This document shows, piece by piece, positions 36,965 to 52,546 of a stretch of 64,000 nucleotides of DNA. The notes beneath the pieces were generated by a model. That model did no database searches, was not told the origin of the DNA, and saw only the letters and a program-made list of their open reading frames with translations. Each line of letters starts with the position of its first letter. Position 1 is the stretch's first letter. The stretch lies in NCBI GenBank assembly GCA_010093815.1, contig ML996565.1. One strand, 5' to 3'. Source of the DNA: Pseudovirgaria hyperparasitica (Eukaryota). The position numbers and the translations under genes are program-made.

Positions 36965-37807
36965 TTCAGATCACTTGGACTGAATTCTGAGGTTTGGCTG
37001 GTCAATGTCTGTCTAAACATCGGGATATCGGCTGACTTTATAGACGTCAAATTTGAATCCACTCTAGTCCGCGGGTCATTTTCTATATAGGTGATTTCGG
37101 CCCGAAAAGACGGTCCGGTCAACCCTGTGGAATTGATTGAAGAACAGGATGTCAAAGGCAGGAACATGCAGGTCCTTCCAAGATTGAAAATACGAGCAGT
37201 AGCAAGAAGTTGGGGACTTGGCAGGTGCTTATGTGATGGTATGAGCTGGTCATCGATGTCGAACCATCTCTAGACGTGCCAATCTCATAGAATGTATAGG
37301 GATTAGGCAATGCGGAGTATGGTATACCTTCTGAGGATGTCAGCATACATAATCTCACTCGAGGTATTTCCGAACAGGTTCGATTCGTAAGGATGAGGAT
37401 TTCCATTGTCGTCCGAGGAAGGCGATAGGGCCTCAATGATCAAATAGATACAACGGTGATGATAAGTGTCGTTCACAGTCCATTCGTTGGGCCAAACCTT
37501 CCAAACTCCACGACTGGCAAAAGTCGAGACCACTCCTCCATCCTCGAAATGAAATCCATAACTGTGACCAGTCTAATATGCTTTTACTCTGCTTGTGAGG
37601 CGCTGGGTTTGAGTACGTTCGCTCTTCGGAATGTCCATGGTAGTTGACGTCTGGCCAGCACCATGGCGAGACTCATGGCACACCCTGGTGCCGTGTATGA
37701 TGTGGTCGTCTCGTACAGTGTATGGTATGGTACAGGAGCTTCCAAGACCAATTTGACCCGAATTCATGTTTAGTGTAGTCCTGGAGATAACGTTTGCGAA
37801 TTTTACT

Positions 37808-39466
37808 TTATAGCACGCCACCAGGTAGTTGTACAGAGCCACCCGTCCACCTGCTTTGGCTGTTGTCGAATGAGCCCTGGCCAACGCTTTGGGGAGGACC
37901 TCCTGAAACGGTGCTCACGTGACCTTGCTCCGGCGCAGCATGCTTCCGCAGCATGAACATGGGCTTTCGTCCCTCTTTGTCCAATTGCTTGAAAAGAATC
38001 AGTGGCCGCTCGTTGAGACCTAAACATCTTTCTTGATCTCCATGTACAATGTAAAGTGCATATTGCCGCCAGTCTGCTGTTATGTTGTATTTCTTCAGCG
38101 CGACGGGAAGAACCTTATGACAAGGATCATCTATGGACACGCGGAAAGACTTGAAGATCTCGACCTGTGGATTGGATGAGCCGCTCGTAGTAGGCGTTGG
38201 CGCAATGGATGCCCCCGACGACGTGATAGTGCCTCCTGACAAAGGCGGATCGATGGCATCCGGTGTACTGACAGAGACATTGGAACGAAGTGGACGAGCG
38301 TTCAGGGGGTTTGGAGTTGTACCGCGTGTGGTATCTCGGTCATTGTAAGAAGAGTAATTATCGTCGTTGGTGTGAGTTCGTGATTCTGTTCTTGGAACAG
38401 TGCGGATGGAGTTGGCTACTGTATGTTGGCTGTACGCTGGAGATGTCGGAGACGGATGCGCGATTGAGTGCGGGGACGTAGCGTGACCAGCACCCAGAGA
38501 TGCGGTGAGGTTGTTCGAGGCTGCGAGGGCGGCAGCAGATTGTTCTAGATGTGAAGCGTCGGTAAGTGGTCTGCCTTCGTAAATAGTGGGTGACGGGTTT
38601 TTCGGGGCATTTCCCAGGAACAGCTTTTTCGTAGAGAATTTTCGAGAAAGACTACTACCTGTTCGTTCTTGTCCTGCCGGCGAGTTCATATGTCCGTCTT
38701 GCCCGTCGGGAGTTGGTAAGGGCTGTGACCGGTCCTTTACTAACCGAACAACAGGCAAGAACTCTTCTCGCAACCTTCGGTTCTCGTCCATGATTCTTTG
38801 AAGGTCATCCTTGAGTATGCGCAGCTCCGCCTCGGCGGTATGTATCCGTTCGTCACGGTCCTTGATAATGCGGATTATACGGGCGAAGTCATCTTGCGTG
38901 GGAGGTGTTTCCTGTGGGCCCGCTTCTGCTGCTATAAACGGGTCAGGAGGGCTCGTTTTGCACGAGGTGGAACTTACAGAGGGGCACATAATGATCAGGT
39001 TCAATGTGGATGTTTTGCTTCACTTTGACGTCGTAGACGCTTTTGAGTATCGTGAGGCGATGGCCAACACTACTCATGCCCATTTCTTTCAATTCGGCGT
39101 GGTGCAGGGCTATTAAAGCATCCCCAGAGATGCCCTCGTCTACCGGACTTATGTTAGCACACGCTGACAAGGTTTCATCCTAGGACCAGGCCACATACCA
39201 AGGAACGTATCTCCATATTGGGGTAGTCCTAGACTCGAGACCCAGTCTGCGCACTGCTCAGAGGTCCATTCGTTCATCCGCCCGGTTGGGGAAGCATGAC
39301 TATCCCCCGCAGAATGTGTAAATGTAGTGGGTGTATGTTCGGTAGAGGGAGCGTCGGAGTCTGTAGGGGATGATTCAAAATCCGGTGGAAGAGCAGGAGA
39401 CACGACAGAGCGCTCGTACTCGTCGTCTGCGTCCGAGTCTTCCTGATATGACGTTTTGTAAGCCAT
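37808..39466 (-). CDS. STE50: MAPK adaptor Ste50 (SAM + Ras-association domains); two introns
   Basis: SAM domain WTSEQCADWVSSLGLPQY..ISGDALIALHHAELKEMGMSSVGHRLTILK. RA domain EIFKSFRVSIDDPCHKVLPVALKKYNI..ERPLILFKQLDKEGRKPMFMLRK. C-terminal LPGGVL. Confidence 0.95.
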
Positions 39467-40994
39467 TATGGCCGTGGATCCGACCAAAGAAGGCTGGGCG
39501 GCGAGGCAAGATATTTTGTTGACTTGGACGACTTGGGTGCCACGCCAAGCGACCAGCAGTCAAGGAAGAAGAAGAGTATAAAGCTTGGAGCGACCACGCC
39601 CTGTTTTGTGGCCAATAAGTTCGAGTATGTTGCCGTGGAGCTGGTTGAGGAATGCTACTGAGATCAAGGAGGCTTCGACTGTGGCAGTACCAAGACGGCG
39701 GGCGGCGTAGAAGGAGGGGCCTGAAGATTCGAAACGCGAGAATGGACGGAACGAGCGTCAAAGGACAAGTCGAAGAGATGGTACGGAGAAGTGGGAGTGT
39801 CGAGATGAGTGATGGTGATATGGTAAACGAGATCGAGAACAAGCGGAGTTTGACAACAGAGCACTATATTATGTAGCGTAACTGGAGGGCGGCAAGCGGG
39901 CGGGTGGAGATTGGGCTGGATGGATGGATGGATGAAGCTTTGGGTGAAAGACTGGGGTTGAGAAGGATTTACTAGGGACCTAATGGATTATGCCATCCAT
40001 TATGGATGACAACCTTGAAGGCCTTGATGAAGGGGGCTGCGGCCAGCGGGAGAGCTGCAATGGATCTGGGCACTAACTGGGGTATCTGGTTGGGATTCTG
40101 GCTGGGTATTTAGCTGGGTCCCTCGCTAAATATTAGCTAGCTGGCAGCCTGGCAGGGGGGGGAGGAGGAGGGCGCTCGGCACGATATCTATCGCCCGCCA
40201 GCTTTGCTTGGTTCAAGTCGCCAGTGCCGCCCGTTTAGCCTCCCTTTCTCCCGCTGTCACTTACTATCGCTGCCAGGCCAGGGCAGAGGCGGGATGCTGT
40301 AATACACCTATAACCCAGACATTGAGACAAGAATAATGCTAATTACTGCCACCACCATATACTATTATTGTCATTGTCATTGGCGTCTGGACTTCTGGAC
40401 TTCTAATCACCTCAAGTCTTGTTGGAAAGCCTTCTTTTCCCCTTGCCAGCCTGGGCAATCCTGCCAACGCCATCAAGTAACCTACCTATGCTGCCTCACA
40501 CTCTTCCTGTCTACACCCGTCTCTACCAGAACCAGCGGATCGTGCTCCTAAGTTCCGAGAAAGCCCTGCTGCATTCCGCACTCCGGACGATAGGCTGCCA
40601 ATAGATGCTGATACTTTTGATCTTGCGCTTGTGCTTGTGCTTGTGCTTGTGGTCCCGATTGAATGCAGCACATTTTGCGTAATTATATCCAATGGCTTTG
40701 TGTTCAAGGGCCGTGTAAAGGTGGGACCCCACACCATCCCTATTCCGGACATTCTACAGATACGCATACGCCTAATCGTGAAATGCCTCCTTCACCACCA
40801 CACAACTCTCCGAAGGATTGTACTGATTCTCCTCCACATTCCACATTTCCACAATCCATCAACTTGAACGCCCCGGTGGCTTCTGTTGTTCATACTTGGT
40901 TGACTACGCCTTGCTCACTGCTATCTTCAGTCAGGAAACACTTCATCTGACCCACCTTTCCATTCCTTGTATTCAGCACGAACGGACGTTGAGC

Positions 40995-40997
<3 letters not shown>

Positions 40998-41040
<43 letters not shown>
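40998..41040 (+). repeat. (AC)n microsatellite
   Basis: About 21 perfect AC units read directly. Confidence 0.95.
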
Positions 41041-41041
<1 letters not shown>

Positions 41042-41298
41042 GACTGTAGCCTAGACCCGGGTTGGAATCGCACTTTCTCAGGGAGCTCCTTGTCGTCCCT
41101 GCGAGCCTTATCATCCTCGACGGTCAATTTTCACGCTTCACGAAGCTGCGTTTCCCACACGTCTCCGAATAGAGTAACGCTCGCATCAGACTGGGTACAG
41201 GACTACTCATATCCTGCAGCATATATTAACTTGTTCACTACAATTGTCAGCCAGCAAAGTAGCTTCTCCCTGACTCTATTTCCTACGTCGACAGCACG

Positions 41299-41733
41299 AT
41301 GTCTCCTCACAACAAGACGACTCTGACACATCCCACACCATCTCACGCAAATCCAATCCTCACATCAAAACTCCAGGATACTCTGTACACCGCACTTATC
41401 AATGCCGGCTCGGTTCCTCACATCCAGCGAAGTCTCACACAAGAGCTGTCTGCTTCTGGGTGGACTGCGAACCTCCGTGTTCAGATCATGCAGTTGCTGC
41501 GAAGCGGCGAATGCACCACATTCAATCAACTGATGGAGAGGATCATGAAGGACGCACGAGGCGAAACAACCGAGAAGAATGCCACAAATGGCGCCACAAA
41601 CGGAGATCTTGCAAGCAAGGAGGTCGAAGAAGGAGGATTGAAGATACCCGACCGAGCTGTCCAAGCCGGAATAAAAGTCGTAAAAACAGAATTGGAGAAG
41701 GCTTGTAATCTCAAGTTTGACGACGAAGGGTGA
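41299..41733 (+). CDS. Small helical protein, probably Sus1/ENY2-like (SAGA/TREX-2)
   Basis: TALINAG..IQRSLTQELSASGWTANLR and LKIPDRAVQAGIKVVKTELE resemble the Sus1 pattern (L.E.GW...lr; vP..v). Confidence 0.6.
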   Translation: MSPHNKTTLTHPTPSHANPILTSKLQDTLYTALINAGSVPHIQRSLTQELSASGWTANLRVQIMQLLRSGECTTFNQLMERIMKDARGETTEKNATNGATNGDLASKEVEEGGLKIPDRAVQAGIKVVKTELEKACNLKFDDEG

Positions 41734-42743
41734 AATCGTTGAGATTGGACGAACAAGAGAACACCGTACAGATTCTTCGCTTGAGGGCATGAAGTGGCTC
41801 ACTGTGCTACTACATTTGTACGCCGCATGCTCTGCCCGCGAAGCAGTCACATTGCAGCCAGCATGATAACGAGCTCGGTGACATGACACAGGGCGGCACG
41901 CTGACGATGATGGAGTGATGTCAAATTGGAGAAACGCTGGCCTCGGATATTGTGGAGAATCCTTTGATTTTGAAAGAGTCAAGTCAGGATACTGGCTTAT
42001 CGAGGGATATTTATTGGTGTTATATTGATGCCATACATGTGGCATAGTCGCGTTGTATACGTATACACTTAGAGAGTTACATGCTTTGAATACAATAATT
42101 CGTCCGGCCGTGCTGATCCGAACTGCCCGATTATTGTCGACCGGACCGCGTTATGGGAAGTTACAGGACACCGTATGTGGCATAGTGCAGGCTGCAGTTG
42201 GTGACGTCGGCTTTGAACATGGGAGAAATGGACAGAGCTTCATTATGGAGTCTGTGTAGGCGGCAATAAGAAGTCGTACGCGTCAGTAACGTGACTGGTA
42301 CCTGCTTACAAGCAGGTAAATGCGTCCTTTATTATATTAATTAGGTGGTGGGCGATTGCACTGCGCAGCGATTTCAAACCAAACCCACATCGCACAGCGC
42401 AGCCTCATCTCTATTCAATTCCACCAGGTTCCGGCCAACACAACATTGGAAAGCTCAGGTAATCCAGCTACCAGCACTAGTTCCTTTCGGGTAAAGCGCA
42501 CTCTTATCGCCATAACGTTCCGTGTTACCTTTATGAGCTCTCTCAAATTCCGACCACCTTCACTTGTCTCTCCCAGAACACATCAACTCAACCTTCGCCA
42601 CTCTCCCGATACAAGTTCCTCTACTACAGTAACTTGTCTCTTTTGCCCCGTATTATCCGCTGCATCGCTGAGCTTTTCAGACTCAGCTTCTACGTTCGCG
42701 TATCATATCACAACAAACATCGCCTCACTCAGAGATCGCCATC

Positions 42744-45253
<2,510 letters not shown>

Positions 45254-46410
45254 ACGCTTATGGGTCAGGGGAGTTGTGTTGTTGTAATAATTCTGGATGC
45301 TTAGAACGACAAAATTCAGGCAGGATTCACACTTTGCCCTAGTAGTAAACGTCACGCAGCCACAGGATATTTGGAATCGTGCACGAGGGGAGAAGGTCTG
45401 ATGGCGGCGGTGCGCGGAGCTTACACTTCCGTTCTTTGTATTCGATCGATGGCACGAGACCCAACTGTAGACATCCCAAACGATAGTGGAATAGATTTCA
45501 CGTATACTGTCAAAACTTTGATTACTGTTGCATATGCCAATTCCATCCTCGGCTGCTGCCGATGTATTGTGCTGCCAACGTAGTCATATATCCACCACCA
45601 TACTGCTGTACAGACCTTGCTTGCCTTAACCTAACACCGACCAAAGAAACAAACAAGTATATTTCTTCTCTTCTCTTCCGCAGGATGCCACGCGCATGCA
45701 CCGAGCGGATTTTTCTTCTTCCTAATGTCCCCTCCCAAAATGTTACACATTCATCTTAGAGTTCGTTGCGCTGTCGTGTCCTGGAGGTGGGCATGTTCGC
45801 CCTTGCTTCCCTTCCGCAACGCCCAGGTCACCCATCCATGTATATATATGTAGGTATGTATGTATATATGTAGTCGCTCTTTCCACGCGACGCATGTGAT
45901 TGATTTTCGATATACACATCTTCTCGCCTACCTGCTATACATATATACATAGCCTACGACGTACAACACAATCCTCACCCAGCTCGTGAGTTTGAGTCTG
46001 ATTCCGAGTCTGGGCTTGGGCCTGAGTCGCACGACAGACAGACAGACAGACAGACAGGCATACACAAACACAAATACAAAAACTCACTCGCTCTCTGGGT
46101 CTCTCTCTCGCTCTTAGGTCTCGAACTCGATACATCGATCAAACGCATGTCAACAAAGCAAACCACACATACACACCCATACACACACACACGCAAAAAG
46201 ACAAATATACATCCAACCTTCCCACCAGCCACACGAGAAAAGTCTATCGTAGAAGCATCCTTCGAATCGAGACCAAGACCTACCAGCCAACCTCATAAAC
46301 CCCCTGAACCAACCAACTCACCATTGAATTTTTTTTTCTTCTTCTTCTCTTTCTAACCCAGTTTCAAATCTTTATCTTTCCTTTCGTTCTTTCTCACTTT
46401 CTCTCACTTT

Positions 46411-46412
<2 letters not shown>

Positions 46413-46460
<48 letters not shown>
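46413..46460 (+). repeat. (CA)n microsatellite running into assembly gap
   Basis: Perfect CA run abutting the N tract. Confidence 0.95.
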
Positions 46461-46594
46461 NNNNNNNNNNNNNNNNNNNNNNNNNNNNNNNNNNNNNNNN
46501 NNNNNNNNNNNNNNNNNNNNNNNNNNNNNNNNNNNNNNNNNNNNNNNNNNNNNNNNNNNNNNNNNNNNNNNNNNNNNNNNNNNNNNNNNNNNNN
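46461..46594. other. Assembly gap (N run)
   Basis: 134 consecutive N bases. Confidence 1.
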
Positions 46595-46847
46595 CTTTTT
46601 CTCTTCTTCTCTCTCTGGTCCAGTCTCGTCTAGACTCAACTCAACTCGTTCATCTCGTTCAACTCGTTCGAATACCGCAGGGAAGAAAGGAGTCGGCGCC
46701 GGAGATATATCACTACCACTACCACCACCACCAACGATCATAGTGTCTGGTATATCGCTAGGAACCCGTTTGCAGTCGAGTAGTCGAGTCCGGTCTGACC
46801 TCTACTCAGCTCTACGTACCGCAAATTCTCGCGCCAGTGAAGGAGTC

Positions 46848-46961
46848 ATGGGCATCTGGCACTGCTGCAAGTGCGCGTGCAGCACGCATTGGGAGAATAG
46901 TACGTGTAGCAATTTGAAGTGTCTGCATGAGCGGTGTGAGGGGGTTTGTAAGAAGGGGTGA
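46848..46961 (+). CDS. 37-aa Cys-rich microprotein MGIWHCCKCACSTHWENSTCSNLKCLHERCEGVCKKG (zinc-ribbon-like)
   Basis: Start context GTC-ATG-G; 8 Cys and 3 His in a W-x-C-C-x-C...C-x4-C-x-H-x-R-C-x3-C pattern. May instead be the last exon of a longer gene. Confidence 0.55.
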   Translation: MGIWHCCKCACSTHWENSTCSNLKCLHERCEGVCKKG

Positions 46962-47147
46962 GTTTGAGATTGGGTGAAGGGGAAGGGGGGAGGAGATGGA
47001 AGAGGGAGGGGTTTTAATGAGGGATGGATGGATAGGGATTGATAATGGTGATTGGAACAGTTTTGATACCACTTTGGCGAAGAGCGCAGAGAGGCTACTG
47101 GTTATAGAATACCCCAACTCTAGACATCGCCCGCAGAGAGTGTAATA

Positions 47148-48599
47148 TCAATTGCCATCTTCATCATCCTCTTCACACACGTCCTCGCTCTTCCTCTGTT
47201 TCCGCGACTTAGCATCCTCAATACCCTGCCTGACATAACGCGGCACCACAGCCTTGACATACACCGGCCCCCCAAGCACATCCTCCTCGTCCGCAAGCTG
47301 CGTCACCGGCTCCGTCATCAGCTCCTCCGCTGCCTCCGCACTGACCTGCAGATCCGTCATCTTCTCCAGCCGACACAGCGCCAATCCAATATTCCCAACG
47401 GCACCTAGCAGTTTCCCCGTCGGCCGGCCCCGTCGCTTGGCGTCTGCCTTGGGCGCGGCGAGGATGTTGCGGCCGCCATCTTGACTACTCGGATTGATAT
47501 CGAGACTGGGGAGGTGACTCGTATAGCGCCTGGGTAGAGTGTCTACATCTATAGGCGCAGACTCTATACTTCGGCTGAGCAGGACGGGGAGGATGCGCTT
47601 GCGCACGACGCCGGTGTGCTTTGTGCGGATGGTGAGTTCTTGGCCGACGTAGCAGCCCTTGTGGAAGTCGATGCCGGCGAGGAGGTCGATGTTCGATTCG
47701 AGCGGGAGGGCTGCGGAAGGCGGGATTTCGGTCGGGCCTTCGGGGATGCCGTGGATGTAGCGGTGGAGGGTGTAGTCTGCTACTGTTGCTGTTTGTTCGT
47801 CTTGGCCGTCTGGACGGCGGCGGAGACACCTGTGATTTGACGGTCCTGGAGCTGCGAAGCGTGGGTCTGGGGATGTGGATATGGATGTGGATGTGGATGG
47901 TTGGTGTGTGGATTCTGGGGGAGTGGGCGACCACATATGGTAGACTGCGACGTCGTCCGGGTTGACGGGTTCGATATTGATTTTGCTGCGCAGCTTATGC
48001 CTTCTCAGGTGCTTGAGCAGCGTCTCAAAGCTTGCATCATCTACTTCCACAAAGACACTTGCTCCGTCCCCTCTCTTCTGAGCAAGTGTCTCACCAAGAC
48101 CGTCGTCATTCGGCCATGGGTGCAGTAGCACATCTGCCAACAACCTTCCCTGCGCGTTCAGGAACGCAGTATACACTAAGCCATGCTCAAACAAGCCCTC
48201 GGGCTTTATATTCGCAGTGACGAGACCCTGGAGGAACTTCGCCGTGTCTCGTCCAGTTATCGATATCAAGCGGCGGTGGTGCAGGTGCACGAAGCCCTCG
48301 GAGCGGTACTCGGTCGGTAATGGCCGCGCTGGTGATTGCGATTGCGGTAGTGATTGCGGTGAAGGTACCCCATCTTCTCGTAGTGCAGAGCGACGTGAGA
48401 ATCTTCGTGCGGGCAGGACGCCATTCGTGGTCTGCGCTCGTCTTCTTGGTCGGGTAGATTTTGCTTGCGGACTCAGAGTGTCGGCATTGTATGGGACGAA
48501 GCTCAAGGAACGGCGTCCGTGCGCGGTTAGGAATCGACGCGCAGCTTGTTGACAGAGGCAGCGATTGCAGATGGCGGCAGAAGACAAACTGAGAGACAT
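47148..48599 (-). CDS. IBA57: Mitochondrial Fe-S assembly factor Iba57/Caf17 (YgfZ family)
   Basis: Arg-rich presequence; RRLISITGRDTAKFLQGL, FLNAQGR, signature DFHKGCYVGQELTIRTKHTGVVRKR. Confidence 0.95.
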   Translation of the reverse strand: MSLSLSSAAICNRCLCQQAARRFLTAHGRRSLSFVPYNADTLSPQAKSTRPRRRAQTTNGVLPARRFSRRSALREDGVPSPQSLPQSQSPARPLPTEYRSEGFVHLHHRRLISITGRDTAKFLQGLVTANIKPEGLFEHGLVYTAFLNAQGRLLADVLLHPWPNDDGLGETLAQKRGDGASVFVEVDDASFETLLKHLRRHKLRSKINIEPVNPDDVAVYHMWSPTPPESTHQPSTSTSISTSPDPRFAAPGPSNHRCLRRRPDGQDEQTATVADYTLHRYIHGIPEGPTEIPPSAALPLESNIDLLAGIDFHKGCYVGQELTIRTKHTGVVRKRILPVLLSRSIESAPIDVDTLPRRYTSHLPSLDINPSSQDGGRNILAAPKADAKRRGRPTGKLLGAVGNIGLALCRLEKMTDLQVSAEAAEELMTEPVTQLADEEDVLGGPVYVKAVVPRYVRQGIEDAKSRKQRKSEDVCEEDDEDGN

Positions 48600-48929
48600 C
48601 TGGAGGTCTTTGTCTAGCTGCTATGAAGAGAATGTGAGGTAGACCTTTTGCCTGAGAAAGTTGAAGGTGGATCTGCTTGATGGATCCATCCATGTTGGAC
48701 TAGGTAGGTTGGCGTCATAGCTTCTTCCTACCGTGCTGGGCGGAACCAATTGTACCATCACATTAGAAATGACATCTTCACATGAAAGTCGCAACGAATG
48801 CTAAACGCTTGAGATGGAATTCTTGATTGTACATTCCCTGATGCCTATGTTCAAGCAAACTATAAGATTCTGCACCCACCCTCTCCGGATCACAACGCAG
48901 ACCTAACTATACACACACGTAACAACAAC

Positions 48930-51822
48930 TCATTTCTGACCTTTCGCAACACCCTGTAAATATCCAAGCAAGAAGTTGCGATCCACAGGAGTGACTGGAG
49001 ACGCCGTAGCTGTCTTAGCAGCCTTCTCACCAAGACCTCCGTCGCCCAGGGATATCGAAGCTATGCTGCTGATTCTGCTTCTCTGGTCTACCGGCAGCGT
49101 TGGCCGACTAACCTGCTTCTCCGGTAGTGGGCTCACAGGGCTGACGATATCAGAGAAGATGGATGCCTGCTGCAGAGGCCGGGGCGGAGGTGGCATTTGC
49201 CGCTGAGACTTCAGCACCACCGGTGTGCCGCTGAACAAGGATAGCAGAGCGCTCTTCTGTTCCTTTGGTAGGCTCTCTCGCCTGTCGAATTGCTGCGCGG
49301 GAGACGCTGGCTGCACGGGCGGCTTATGGGCCTGGGCTTGCGGTGTCGATATAGATGGGCTCGGTGACGGTTGAGGTCGGCGCAATATCTGTGGCTGGAA
49401 CGGCTTTGGCACAGGCTGTTGCAACTGTGTCTTTGGCGAAACCGTATGAACTGGAACAGGCGGCGATCTGGACGCTCGTGGTAGCGGATCACTGCCTTTC
49501 GGACGCTGAAGAATCGACATGGGCGCAAATGGGGCCGTAATGCCCTCATCAGCAGCAGATGTCGTGAGGCCTGCAGGTGCTCCTTTCGATTCTGATGGGC
49601 TTGCTCCTCTGCTTTTATTGCGGACAATTTCAAAATCTGGAGCATGTAAAGGTCCGGATACTGTTGCGGAAGTAAGGCCTGGTCTCATGTTCATAAAATG
49701 ATCAGCGTTTGTAGATATCGCCAATTTCGAAGCTTGTTTAGGGAGCGGATTGGAACGGGGTGGGATGCCAGGGCTGGGCAGGGCTGAAAGCTCGACGGGT
49801 CCTGATGCTTGTAGATTGTTGACTGAGGTTGATGGTGGAGATGCCACAGAGGTAGAGGGGGCTCGGAAGAGATTTAGAAGAGCATCTTGGTGGGCATTGG
49901 CATTAGGCTTCACAATACCCTTCTCAGGGGATGTGATATGAGCAGAGGGTCGAGTCTGTGGACTGACCACATGGATCGGGCTAGACAAATTTTGATGAGT
50001 AGATGGTCGTCTGATCTGGCTGTACACCTGTGCAGCTCTTTGTGCCTCATCTGCCAGCTTGGGGGCTGGCTTCGCAGCCTGTCCTTTGAATGCTTTGAGC
50101 AGTGATATCGAATGTGCATTGAGTTTTGGTGCAGGCAGCTTGGAAGCTGGAGGACCCATGGCTTCATGCACCTCCGTCGACTGCGCACTCTGAGAAAATT
50201 GAGGATCGCCTGTTCTTTGGTATGGCTTCGGGCCATCTTGAGCCATGCGTGGTGCCATAGGAGAAGACTGAGAGGTTGAATGCGTGGGCATACCCGGAAC
50301 CATAGGCTGGCGCTGGTATCCGGAACCGAAAGGCAGAGCCCCGTTCTGTCCCCGATGTTGTGAGCCATATGATGGGTTAAGCTGCCGATTGTACTGTCTT
50401 GATACGGCTTGTGGTGGGTACTGTGGTGGAGTCTGCGTGAAGGGAAAGGGCTGTATAGGTGGCATGCTCGACGATGAAGGGGGCCGTGGGTGGTATTGCT
50501 GCGGAGTCTGAGGTTCTTGAGGTACGTTGTTGATCTGATCTAGAGGCGTCCTTGGTGGAGGCTCGGGTCTCGAAACAGGTACAGTTGCTTGATTTCCCTG
50601 GAAGAGAGCGAGCAGAGGGTTAGTATGCGCTGGAGGCTGACTCGACTGTAGTTGTTGGGCTGCCATGGCCGGAGCATTGATACTCAGCATGCGTTTCAGA
50701 GCGTCTGCTGCGTCCAGTGTAGGTTGCTCCGCGGGCATTTCGGGCACGATGGCTGCAGCAGGTGCAGTCGGTGGATATCGTAGTCCAGCCAATAAATTGC
50801 TGAAATGGCCATCCTGGTGTTGTGGAGGTGGATCCTCAGACTCGGTCTCTGTTCCTCCAAGATAATTGTGAAGTGCACCAGACTCGTCCGCAGTGCCGAC
50901 ATCTTCCACGTCTGTCTCGACAGCTACGTGGCCTTGTGCAGCCCTGGCGCGGTCGAGCTTGTGCTGCTGCTTGATCCAGCTTTTCAATGGTCCCAAAAAG
51001 GGGGCAACCATGTAGAACATCGAGTCCTTCAATGCGGGCTCGGCCATGGCCTGGACTTGCTTCTGCCTCTTGAGCGTCGGCAGGTCCCATAACTTGTACC
51101 AGTCAATCGCGCTGATTTCCTTCCTTGTCCTGGGCTCAAAGTGGGTATCCATGGGAACATTTCTGAAAACATACAGCCGCATATGCTGCTCGCGCATCGA
51201 AACTTCAATATATTTCATCTCCTTTTCGTCCTGAACAAGACCGGCCTCTTGAATGTCGAATCCCGTTTCCTCATAAACTTCACGTATGGCGCAGTCCAGG
51301 TCCCTTTCGTCTTTGTTGATCTTGCCCCGGGGAAAGCTCCATCGCGCGCCCTTCTTCCAACCCTTCACAAGCACTACGTGGTCCATTCTATCGTTCAGCA
51401 TGATTGCACCTCGGACGGGCACCCGTGTCTTGTAGGCCAGAAACTCATTGTACGCGGCCTCGTGCATTTCGCCGGAGAATGGCGACAGTAGCGGGCAGTG
51501 TTGAAATATCAGGAGAGAGAACTTCCGGAGGTTCATAGACGGCAGGGTTGGGTCCAAGGGCCGTATAAAGTCCTCGTAGAACCATTGTGCCTCCTCCACC
51601 TGGAAACATATTCTTTCGGCTGAGGTGAGCTCTTCTTGGGGTAGGTTTATGATGAAACGCACGCATAAGTCGTCAAGCCCTGTGGTGGTCTGGTGTCAGT
51701 ATAGGTATCAATCGCATGTTTAACGGGTAGTCGGTCGCAACGGGGCACGTCGCAGTCGCGGAGAAGAAACACAGCGCAGAGGCATACTCACAGTTGACGA
51801 GTCTCATCTTGGTCGTTGCCAT
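48930..51822 (-). CDS. DCP2: mRNA decapping enzyme catalytic subunit Dcp2; intron after codon 10
   Basis: Box A WLDDLCVRFIINLPQEEL..ERICFQVEEAQWFYEDF; Nudix WSFPRGKINKDERDLDCAIREVYEETG; disordered tail with HLM-like LLxLF motifs. Confidence 0.97.
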
Positions 51823-52546
51823 ATTGACCGGTGTCCCGTAGCATATCCGCGGGCGCGGGCAGGCCTATAGGAAGCGCGAACCAACGATTGGGATGACTCG
51901 TGGCCAGAGCGACGGCGAGTAGGAGGAGCAGTCGCAGGTGGAAGGGAGTGCGGTAGGTAGTTGTCCTAGGGTAGCTGTAGGTATGCGACCGTGTCTAGCC
52001 GATCGAAAGAGGCTCTACGTGGGGACGTGGAATGCGGTGGTGGACGTGGATTGGATGTTGTGATGAATGGAGACTAAGACAACAGACAACAGTTCCGGAG
52101 TGTGGCGGTCGACGCCACACATGTGGCTGTGCATGCGTCTACAAGCACGGGCCAAGTCCACTAAAAGCTGGGCAAATGACGTTTTGGCATCACGTCCAGC
52201 TTGTTTGGGCGGCGGAAATTCATGGCTAAGACGTCGTAGTCAGGGCCTGGCCAGTCAAATTACGCCAACCACCGCCTGGCTGGCCACGAGATAAATACTG
52301 TTGCTCCCGGCCTTTTTATTTAATTTCCTTTCTCTGTGCATCTGTTTCTTGACGACTTGCTACGGGTAATCGACCAAACCTCTCATTGTTGTCGTTGTGT
52401 CACTATCGCCAGCACGCGAGCATTCACAGCAGATCGTTGACGCTTTCGGCCAGGCCACACTCTCCTGCAGCAAGCAGACCAAGCTTCTCGAGATCAAGAC
52501 ATTATCCTCACAACTCCAACATCATCAAGCCAACACACAAGCCACA

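Noticed and set aside
37000..37800. Possible small minus-strand gene downstream of STE50
   Set aside because: Could not assemble a start-to-stop model or recognise a product.
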